A stretch of 64,000 bases of DNA from an uncultured Chloroflexia bacterium (lineage in GTDB: Bacteria; Chloroflexota; Limnocylindria; Limnocylindrales; CSP1-4): NCBI GenBank assembly GCA_963734535.1, contig CAVTHS010000003.1:288001-352000 (forward strand). The letters are read 5' to 3'. Shown here piece by piece: positions 41,950-49,261 of the stretch. The notes beneath the pieces are model-generated. The model did not search any database. It was not told where the DNA came from and worked only from the letters and a program-made list of their open reading frames with translations. The translations under genes and the position numbers were made by a program. Position 1 is the stretch's first letter. Every line of letters begins with the position of its first letter.

Positions 41950-42360
41950 TCAACTCAGCAGGCCCGGGCTCATCCCTGACAATTCCACTGGTGCTCGGCG
42001 TTGTCGGAACCTACGGCGAGGCCACCGCGAACGCCCACGAGGTCCCCGGTGCGATAGCAGCCGACGCCGGGAACGTGATCTGCCCTTGAAGCCGTTCTCG
42101 TCGCCTGTGCCGGTCCACGGGACCCGCTTCAGGTCCTGAGGCGGGATCGCGGTGATGTTGGCCCCGGTCTTCTCGCAGCCCTGGACCGACCCACGCAACG
42201 TCAGCGACGCGGTGCCCTTGAAGCTCGTCTTGCCGGGTGCCGCCTGGGCGCCGACCAGGTCGCCCCGCACCTCGGTCGTGGTCGTGCACCCTCGCAGCTG
42301 TCGGGCATCGGCGATGGGTCGATGCCGAGTGCCCCCTGGCCCACGGCGGAGTGAATGGCG
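41950..42360 (-). pseudogene. Probable degraded remnant of an exported protein gene
   Basis: Coding-like segments (..KTSFKGTASLTLRGSVQGCEKTG..WTGTGDENGFK / QITFPASAAIAPGTSWAFAV) split across frames with no clear start. Confidence 0.3.
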
Positions 42361-42369
42361 CTGGACCCT

Positions 42370-42882
42370 TCACTTTGCGGCCAGAGCCGTGCAGAGGTTG
42401 ACGACCTTTCCCTTGAACGAGTGCGTGACGGTGTTGAAGCCGGCGTCCAGCGTGTCGTGAGTGTGGCCAAGTGCCCACGACAACGACGGACCCGGCGAGT
42501 CCGTCGGGTACAGGTACCCGACGACGACGGTCCCGTCGATCCACACGTCGAGTGTCTTGTCCGCGTGGGTGACGAAGGTCTGGAGGGTTGGCCCTCCGAC
42601 GATCATCGAGGCGCCGGAGGTGATGTCCGTCACGGTCGACCATTGGGGTCCGTATGCGATGACCAGCAGGTCGCCGTTCCGCTGCACGGGAAACGTGAGG
42701 ACGTCCATCCTCGAGCCGTCCTCGACCCACCGGACTGGGAACGTGCACAGGACGCCCGCGTTGAACATGGAGTCGAAGGTCGTCCACCCTTTGGTGTGTG
42801 TCGGCCCGGCGGCGGCCGCGGGTGTGGCCAAGGTGACGACCAGCAGCAGCGCGCTGAGGCCAGCGGCGAGGAAGCGACGCAT
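42370..42882 (-). CDS. Secreted hypothetical protein (170 aa)
   Basis: Sec signal MRRFLAAGLSALLLVVTLATPAAAA; two Cys (LCTFPV, VNLCTAL); GGAGG SD. Confidence 0.8.
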   Translation of the reverse strand: MRRFLAAGLSALLLVVTLATPAAAAGPTHTKGWTTFDSMFNAGVLCTFPVRWVEDGSRMDVLTFPVQRNGDLLVIAYGPQWSTVTDITSGASMIVGGPTLQTFVTHADKTLDVWIDGTVVVGYLYPTDSPGPSLSWALGHTHDTLDAGFNTVTHSFKGKVVNLCTALAAK

Positions 42883-42905
42883 GGGGACCTCCCGGGACGC
42901 CGTTC

Positions 42906-42978
42906 ACGGGTCGGTCTCGCCAGTGGCTCGGCGCGGTCCCGGCGGCCAGAATGTGGGCCGCGTGTCCAAGCCTCCCGC
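42906..42978 (-). ncRNA. c-di-GMP-II-like riboswitch, copy 1
   Basis: GCGGG-A-GGC-TTG-GA-CACGCGG..TGGCCGCC..CCGCGCC-GA-GCC-ACTG-GCG-AGA-CC-GA-CCCGT: P1, K-turn, P3 and pseudoknot; 23 nt upstream of ATG; TGgGATAAT -10 upstream. Confidence 0.8.
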
Positions 42979-43162
42979 AGGCCTTCATTATCCCACCGAG
43001 GGGTAGTCACTCAGTGCACACGACCACCCCCCCCGGTCGCCCGGTGCGCCTCCCATCGTCCGGGCGGAGCGGAGCGCCCAGTGCGGAGCCGAGGGCCTGG
43101 GTCGTCGATGACCCATAGGCGTCTCGAGCGCCCGTCGGGCGGCTCCCGTGCTGGTCCGGCTG

Positions 43163-43790
43163 TCAACCGACGGCGACGGCCTCGTCTGCCCTCACGTCGT
43201 CCGCGGGCCGTACGGACATGGGCTTCACGGCCGCGACGATCGTCATCTCGTCAGTTCCCATCAGGAGCCGGCCCAGGAAGTTGTAGAGGCGGCTGTCGCC
43301 GAGGCGACCGTAGGAGTCGAGACATCATCGAACCCTGCTGCCTCCGTCATCCGCCGCACCTCGGCCTCGTTCCACACCCGGACCGTGCCGAGGACCTTGT
43401 GGGTCGCGGTCGCCTCGGCGACCGTCCGCCCGATCTGCATCGCGGCGCGCCCGCCGGGACGGAGTACCCGGCACATGTCGGACAGGACGCGTTCAGGATC
43501 GGCGAAGAGCGTGAAGGCGTCCATGGACGTGACAGCGCTGAAGCGAGCGTCCTCCCACGGGAGTGCCCCGGCGTCGTCCTCGACACCTCCGCTGTCCCCG
43601 CGGCGATGCGGTCGGCGAGGCGTCGTCGGGCCAGACCGACCTTGACCGCCGAGAGATCCACGCCCGCCACGTCTCGCACCCGCGAGGCGTGCTCGGCCAG
43701 GAAGGCTCCCTCCCCGCAGGCAACATCGAGCAACTCGTCCTCCGGCTGGGGGTCGAGCGTCGCGGCCATCCGCCGGTAGGGCGGGCAATC
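43163..43790 (-). pseudogene. Class I SAM methyltransferase paralog, N-terminally truncated, two frameshifts
   Basis: YRRMAATLDPQPEDELLDVACGEG / LPWEDARFSAVT..RVLRPGGR..AGFDDV / ..TIVAAVKP..EAVAVG*. Confidence 0.75.
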
Positions 43791-44346
43791 AGCCTCCGGA
43801 CGCGGGCGGCCCTCCACGATCAACGGCAACCGATGGATGTCGTTGCCAGAAGACCGCGACGAAGAGGTTGAGCGCGCCCATGAGCAGGCCGAGAGCGACC
43901 GCCGTGAGGTAGAGCGCCCGCTCCTGGTCCGGGAAGGGTCCGAGCACCACGAGCGCGAGGGCGAGGACGGCGAGCACGAAGGGCAGCCAGAAGGTGGGCC
44001 CCATCACCAGCGCTATCTTCGCCCGTGGGATGGTGGCAAGGTTGACAGCCAGCTCCGCCCGATTCTCGGGTGTCCGCGCGAACACGACGATCATGACCAC
44101 GAGGAGGGCGAGAGCCAGGAGGCTGCCCACGAGCCACAGCTCGTGGCCGGTGATGCCATAGCTGCTGATGATGACCGGCGCGAGGGCGGCGATAACCACC
44201 CAGATCGCGGTCGTCACCACCCAGCGGATGTCATTGACCTCGCTCACCTCGAGCGTTGCGCCGCTCCGCACGGCGATGAGCGCACCGAAGCCCACGAACA
44301 CGCCAGCGATCTCAGCAAGCGAAAGGAACAGACTGGTGTCCTGCAT
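43789..44346 (-). CDS. Hypothetical integral membrane protein (about 5 TM)
   Basis: MQDTSLFLSLAEIAGVFVGFGALIAVRSG; paralog of 44506-45030. Confidence 0.8.
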   Translation of the reverse strand: MQDTSLFLSLAEIAGVFVGFGALIAVRSGATLEVSEVNDIRWVVTTAIWVVIAALAPVIISSYGITGHELWLVGSLLALALLVVMIVVFARTPENRAELAVNLATIPRAKIALVMGPTFWLPFVLAVLALALVVLGPFPDQERALYLTAVALGLLMGALNLFVAVFWQRHPSVAVDRGGPPASGG

Positions 44347-44435
44347 GTCCCGCCATCTCCCACGCGTGTCACGGCCTTCGTGAAGGAGGGGAGTCTGGGT
44401 CGCGCCTGCGCCCGCTGAACAGAGGCATCGGTCGT

Positions 44436-44473
44436 GAAGGAGCCCCCAGCCAGCGAAGGAGCCCCCAGCCAGC
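44436..44473 (+). repeat. 19-bp perfect tandem duplication
   Basis: GAAGGAGCCCCCAGCCAGC x2 in the intergenic gap. Confidence 0.9.
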
Positions 44474-44505
44474 CGTCCCTGGGCTGGCCGGAGTCGCGAT
44501 GATCG

Positions 44506-45030
44506 TCAGGCGCTCGCGGGCCGTCGCTGCATGTAGACGAGCGAGAGAAGGGTCCACCCGGCCCCCAGCAGGATCAGCACGGTGTACGTGAAGTAGAGCG
44601 CCGCCTCGAGGTCCGGGGCCACGCCCAGCATGATGATGATCGGCGCGAGCACCATCACGAGCATGTAGAGGACATAGAACGCCCATCCGACCAGGTCGCC
44701 GGGCGTGAGCCTGGCCGCCGCGACGCTTGTCGCCCAGCCCGCCCTGTACTCGGGGGTCCGGGCGCTGACGGCGATCATGCCGAGCAAGCCGACGAGCGCG
44801 AGCGCGCTGCCGAGCGCCCAGACCTGGTGGTCGGTGAGGGCATAGCGGCCGAGGGCCACCGGGGCGAGGGCCGCGACGACCGTCAGCATCCCCAGCGCCA
44901 CCACGGTGCGCATGTACGCAACCTCCTCCACCTCGCTCGGGCCTCCGCTCCGCACGGCGATGAGTGCCCCGAAGCCGACGAACACGCCGGCGATCCCCGC
45001 GACCGAAAGGAACAGATCGGCGTCCTGCAT
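44506..45030 (-). CDS. Hypothetical integral membrane protein (about 5 TM)
   Basis: MQDADLFLSVAGIAGVFVGFGALIAVRSGGP; AALAPV, ARTPE, ALY motifs shared with neighbour; GGAGG SD. Confidence 0.8.
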   Translation of the reverse strand: MQDADLFLSVAGIAGVFVGFGALIAVRSGGPSEVEEVAYMRTVVALGMLTVVAALAPVALGRYALTDHQVWALGSALALVGLLGMIAVSARTPEYRAGWATSVAAARLTPGDLVGWAFYVLYMLVMVLAPIIIMLGVAPDLEAALYFTYTVLILLGAGWTLLSLVYMQRRPASA

Positions 45031-45051
45031 GTCCCGCTACCTCCTGCACTT

Positions 45052-45067
45052 CGTGATCGGGGTCAGG
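45052..45067. promoter_or_regulatory. CRP/FNR-like box (CGTGA-N6-TCAGG)
   Basis: Half-sites conserved and spacer diverged relative to 19818-19833. Confidence 0.35.
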
Positions 45068-45172
45068 ATCGGCCGCAGGGCCCGCTCCAGCTCCTGGGCT
45101 GTCAGCCGCGACCGAGCCATCGACGCGAATGCACTTCGGCTCCCACGATGAATGCCTGGCAGAGGCGCTGGT

Positions 45173-45976
45173 TCAGGCGGGCGCGGCGCTGCCCGTCAAC
45201 TCGCGCTGGCCGCCGACGCCAACGGCGGTGTTCCGCGGCGACGCGGCCGGCTTGCGGCAGCTCAGGACCAGCGCGGCCTCGTACAGCGGTTTGAGGCTCT
45301 CGTGGCGAACGGTGACGTCCGTGAACCCGGCGTCCTCGAACATCCGCAGGTAGTCGGCCTCGTCGCACCACCGGACCCCCCAGCTCACGGCCGGCTGCTT
45401 CGGCGACCGCCGTGGGTTGTAATCCACGAACACGAGGCGACCGCCCGGCCGCAGCACCCGGAATGCCTCGGCGTGCTTGATCGGCGCGTTGATCGCAGTC
45501 ACCGCGGAGAACCCGCCGTCCTCGAAGGGCAGCTCGGCGGCGCTGCCGGTGACCAGTTGGGCCGTCCCGGTGGCGATCCGGTCGGCGAGGCGCCGCTCGG
45601 CCGCCCGCAGCATGACCCGCGAGAGATCGAGGCCGACGACTCGGCGCACATGCTGCGCCTTCGCGCCCAAGAACGCCCCCGGCCCGCAGCCGATGTCCAG
45701 CAGCTCGTCCTCGGGCTGGAGGTCGAGCATCTCGGCGACGGTCTGGTACAGGCGAGCCTCGATCCACGGCATAACCTTGGCCATCACCCACCCCGTCGGC
45801 CCGTTACAGAAGAAAGCGCACTTCCCCCCGGGCGCGAACACCGTGAACATGGCGTCATCGTTGGGCGGCATGGCCTCCGATGCGCGCCCCCCGAGCCGGC
45901 CGCGGAGGATAGCGCCACCTGCCGCGGCGGCCGTGGCGCCGCCGGCGAGGAGAGCGAACGTGGTCCGTCTGCGCAT
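45173..45976 (-). CDS. Class I SAM methyltransferase with N-terminal signal/anchor
   Basis: MRRRTTFALLAGGATAAAAGG; LLDIGCGPG, GLDLS, LPFEDGGFSAV, RVLRPGG. Confidence 0.9.
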   Translation of the reverse strand: MRRRTTFALLAGGATAAAAGGAILRGRLGGRASEAMPPNDDAMFTVFAPGGKCAFFCNGPTGWVMAKVMPWIEARLYQTVAEMLDLQPEDELLDIGCGPGAFLGAKAQHVRRVVGLDLSRVMLRAAERRLADRIATGTAQLVTGSAAELPFEDGGFSAVTAINAPIKHAEAFRVLRPGGRLVFVDYNPRRSPKQPAVSWGVRWCDEADYLRMFEDAGFTDVTVRHESLKPLYEAALVLSCRKPAASPRNTAVGVGGQRELTGSAAPA

Positions 45977-46004
45977 GGCGCTATCCTCCCTGGGACGCCT
46001 GCGC

Positions 46005-46074
46005 GCGGGTCGGTGTCGCCAGTGGCTCGGCGCGGTCCCGCGGCCGGGGTGTGCCGCGTGTCAGAGCCTCCCGC
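46005..46074 (-). ncRNA. c-di-GMP-II-like riboswitch, copy 2
   Basis: GCGGG-A-GGC-TCT-GA-CACGCGG..CGGCCGC..CCGCGCC-GA-GCC-ACTG-GCG-ACA-CC-GA-CCCGC; TACAGT -10 at 46084-46089. Confidence 0.78.
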
Positions 46075-46202
46075 CAGTCCGTGACTGTAGGCGTCGAGTT
46101 CGCGTCCGTCGAGGGCCGGTCGGCAGGGACCCGGCCCGGGAACCCCGGCGCCGCCGCGAGCGTCCTCCTCGGCTCCCCGGGGAACGCACGCCGGGCGCCG
46201 AC

Positions 46203-47006
46203 TCAGGCGGACGCGGCGCTGGCGGTCAGCTCCTGCTGGTCGCCGACGTCGATCGAACGGCTCGGCGGCGCCGCCGCCGGCCTTCGGCAGACGGCGATCC
46301 GGTTGTCGGCGAGGAACAGGACGGGCTTGTAGCGGACGGCCACGTCCACGAAGCCCACATCCTCGAGAACCCGCTGAGTATCGGCCTCGGTCCAGTTCCA
46401 GGGGGGACCGGCAGTCCGCTCGCTCGACGGCTTCCTCGGGTCGGGGATGAGCTCGTCCACGAACACGAACCGTCCTCCGGGACGCAGCACGCGGAAGACC
46501 TCGGCCATGTTCGCCGGCGCCGTGATGGCCGTGACCGCGGAGAACTCGCCGTCGTCGAAGGGCAACACGGCCGAGCTGGCGGGCACGAGCCGGGCCGTCC
46601 CGCCGGACAGCCGGTCCGCAAGCCGCCGCTCGGCCTCGCGCAGCATGGTCCGCGAAGGATCGAGGCCGACGACCCGGCGAACGTGGGGAGCCTTGGAGGC
46701 CAGGAACGCCCCGGACCCGCACCCGATGTCGAGCAGCTCGTCCTCGGGCTGCAGGTCGAGCATCTCGGCAACGACCTCGTACACGCCCGCGTGACCGATC
46801 GGCTGGAGCTTCCCGAACGCCCAACCGATCGGCCCGTTGAAGAAGAAGCCCTGGGGTCCACCGGGCGCCCACTGCGTGAACTGCAGGTCCTCCTCTGACG
46901 ACGGCGGCGTCTCTCGCCCCTGGATCCTTGAGCGGGCGACCGCTGCGGCCGTGACGACGGCCAGCGTCCCGCCGCCGATGACAGCAAGGGTGGTGACACG
47001 GCGCAT
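46203..47006 (-). CDS. Class I SAM methyltransferase with N-terminal signal/anchor
   Basis: MRRVTTLAVIGGGTLAVVTAAAVA; LLDIGCGSG, GLDPS, LPFDDGEFSAV, RVLRPGG; paralog of 45173-45976. Confidence 0.9.
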   Translation of the reverse strand: MRRVTTLAVIGGGTLAVVTAAAVARSRIQGRETPPSSEEDLQFTQWAPGGPQGFFFNGPIGWAFGKLQPIGHAGVYEVVAEMLDLQPEDELLDIGCGSGAFLASKAPHVRRVVGLDPSRTMLREAERRLADRLSGGTARLVPASSAVLPFDDGEFSAVTAITAPANMAEVFRVLRPGGRFVFVDELIPDPRKPSSERTAGPPWNWTEADTQRVLEDVGFVDVAVRYKPVLFLADNRIAVCRRPAAAPPSRSIDVGDQQELTASAASA

Positions 47007-47036
47007 GGTGCGACCCCTCCCCAGGGACGCCTGCGC

Positions 47037-47110
47037 GCGGGTCGGTCTCGCCAGTGGCTCCGCGTGGTCAGTGGCGGCCGGGGTGGGGATCACGCATCAG
47101 AGCCTCCCGC
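47037..47110 (-). ncRNA. c-di-GMP-II-like riboswitch, copy 3
   Basis: GCGGG-A-GGC-TCT-GA-TGCGTG..CGGCCGCCA..CACGCG-GA-GCC-ACTG-GCG-AGA-CC-GA-CCCGC; P3 sequence differs from copies 1-2 but still pairs. Confidence 0.82.
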
Positions 47111-47366
47111 GTGGCTGTCAGGGTCGTGGTCCATACCACCGGCCGCAAGGGGCATTGGATGTGTAGTGCCCCGGTCGCCCGACCGTCGACTCGTCACCAG
47201 CAGGCGAGATCGTCCGGCCGGCGCGGAGCCGGGTGCGAGCAGGCGGTGCGGACTTGACCTTCGAGGAACCCGCACCCAAGCCGGGCTCAGCGGCGCCGGC
47301 TGGACTCCTCAAGTCAGCGGCATCCCTTCGCGGACGCTGGCCTTTGCGGCCCTCGGACTGCCAGCG

Positions 47367-48752
47367 TCACCGGAGGAAGGTCTTGAGCTGCTCCCACCAG
47401 GCGTAGAGGGCGGCGTAGTTGGAGTCATCGCGGGTCGCGAAGGCGAGGTAGCGTCCCTTGCCGAAGGTGAAGTAGATCCAGGGCCGCCCGTCGTACGGGT
47501 TCATGCAGGCGAGCTGCCCGCTTCCGCTCGGGCTGCTCCACAGCTGGTAGGCTCGCGCGTCGGTTACGCACGATCCGAAGGCGAGCTTGTGGAGGCCGGC
47601 CAGGAAGCCCAGATACTCATCGCCGGCGGTCGAATCTCTGGACGCGCCGGACAGGATCGGGGGGTCCGTGGAACTCGTGGGTTCCATGACGTACAGGCGG
47701 GTCGCGCCGGTCGCCGGGTGACACGTGACGCCGCCGCGTGAGCCGGTTGGTGTCACAGCGAGCAAGGTGTCAGGGCCGACCACCGGCATATGCTGGAGGA
47801 TGTACCCGGAGAAGCCCGCCAGGCTGGCATCATTCGGTGTCCCGCCGCGGACGCACGTGCGTGCAAGGTCGGGCGGCAGCGCGGCAAGGATCGCGGCCTC
47901 GGCCGCGTTGGGGAAGGGCCCGGGGCTCGCCGAGGCGGTGGGCGCGGCGGACGCCGAGGCCACGGCTGCCAGTGAGCCACCCGCGGACGCCCCGGGCGAT
48001 GCCGACGGGCCTGCCGGGCTCCCCGCCACGGAAGGGCCGGGCGTCGGGGTCGCGGCCCGGCCTCCACCGAGGAGGACGACCCCGACCGCAGCGACCACGA
48101 TAAAGGCGGCGAGCCCGAGGCCCGCGGCGATGAGACCGGACGGACGGCGCCCAGCCGGAGACGCAGCTGGAGCGCCGGCACCGGCGGTCCCCCGGGCCAC
48201 GACCCGGTAGCAGGCGACCGGCTCGGGGACGCCCTTGAGGCGGCGCAGGCCGAGGGGCTGGAACTCGACCTCGATCTGCGTTCGGGTCAGGCTGCGGACG
48301 GTCTCGGATACGACGAGCTCGCCGGACTTCGCCTCGGCACAGAGGCGGGCTGCGATGTTGACCGCCGAGCCGACGAAGCCTTCGGCGGTCTCGACGGTCT
48401 CCCCGGCGTGCACCCCCACGCCCACGTGGATCGGGTCGGGGTCGCCTGCCGTCACAACGGCTGCCGCGATGATCGCGAGGCCGCAGCCAACCGCGGCGCT
48501 CACCGAGTCGAAGACCACGTAGAAGGAGTCGCCCTCGGTCCGGATCTCGGCCCCCGCAGCGGCCGCCACGACCTCGCGGACGAGGGCGCGGTAGCGGGCA
48601 AGGAGGGCCGCCCCGGCGCGGTCCCCGTGGGCCTCGACGTAGCCCGTGTAGTCGCGCAGGTCAGCGAACAGGAAGCCGCGGGTCAGGTGGGGCGCATCGA
48701 CACCCGGCGCCGCGACCGGCAGTGGATACGCCGCAGGACCCGGTTCGGCCAT
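47367..48752 (-). CDS. Membrane-anchored class III nucleotide cyclase with C-terminal extracytoplasmic domain
   Basis: FLFADLRDYT, RTEGDSF, GVGVHAGE, GSAVNIAARL, LKGV; one TM; S/P/A linker; Cys-containing domain ending LYAWW; GGAGG SD. Confidence 0.88.
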   Translation of the reverse strand: MAEPGPAAYPLPVAAPGVDAPHLTRGFLFADLRDYTGYVEAHGDRAGAALLARYRALVREVVAAAAGAEIRTEGDSFYVVFDSVSAAVGCGLAIIAAAVVTAGDPDPIHVGVGVHAGETVETAEGFVGSAVNIAARLCAEAKSGELVVSETVRSLTRTQIEVEFQPLGLRRLKGVPEPVACYRVVARGTAGAGAPAASPAGRRPSGLIAAGLGLAAFIVVAAVGVVLLGGGRAATPTPGPSVAGSPAGPSASPGASAGGSLAAVASASAAPTASASPGPFPNAAEAAILAALPPDLARTCVRGGTPNDASLAGFSGYILQHMPVVGPDTLLAVTPTGSRGGVTCHPATGATRLYVMEPTSSTDPPILSGASRDSTAGDEYLGFLAGLHKLAFGSCVTDARAYQLWSSPSGSGQLACMNPYDGRPWIYFTFGKGRYLAFATRDDSNYAALYAWWEQLKTFLR

Positions 48753-48898
48753 GGGGAGCGACCTCCGCCCGAAGGTTCCGGCTGGCGGGACACAGCCGCC
48801 AGAGGCGTTCGTCACCAATTCGAGCCTGCGGCCCCCGGGCGTCCGGAGTCAGTCGCTGACTTGATCCCAGCACGGCGGTCGCACCATCGAGGGCGCCC

Positions 48899-49050
48899 CG
48901 TTTGCGCCATGCCGTGACGTGCTCGTCTCGGATCCCGTCGTGCGCCGTCGGGTAGCCGCGCGCCAGGAGGACGTCGGTGAACATGCGCAGCGCCGCGCCA
49001 TGGTCGAGATCGTGTTGGGGCCCCTCGTCGCCCGGGTCGCCCGGTGTCTC
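48899..49050 (-). pseudogene. Remnant of a tyrosine-recombinase N-terminal (SAM-like) domain
   Basis: RATRGPNTIST / ALRMFTDVLLARGYPTAHDGIRDEHVTAW across a frameshift resembles SPxTxxxY..L..F..FL...G.P.....I.REHV.AF. Confidence 0.5.
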
Positions 49051-49179
49051 GATCTCTGGTATCGTCTCGATGCTCCAGGGGCCGGACTCCCAGCAGCGGT
49101 ATGCGCGACTGCGAGAACGGGCTCGAAACGGTTGACGGGTGGGACCCGGGCCGCTTCCTGCTGAGCCTGAGCACACAAC

Positions 49180-49256
49180 GGGCGGTTAGCTCAGTTGGTT
49201 AGAGCGCATGCTTGACATGCATGAGGTCAGAGGTTCAAGTCCTCTACCGCCCACCA
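49180..49256 (+). tRNA. tRNA-Val(GAC)
   Basis: GGGCGGT/ACCGCCC acceptor, CATGC-TTGACAT-GCATG anticodon arm, AGAGG-TTCAAGT-CCTCT T arm, encoded CCA. Confidence 0.96.
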
Positions 49257-49261
49257 TCGAG

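Noticed and set aside
42906-47110. Reading the three repeats as cobalamin riboswitches, attC sites or CRISPR repeats
   Set aside because: GCCACTG is shared with B12 elements but the GGGAA boxes and length are missing; no RYYYAAC/GTTRRRY ends or intI; spacing is whole genes, not spacers, and no cas genes.
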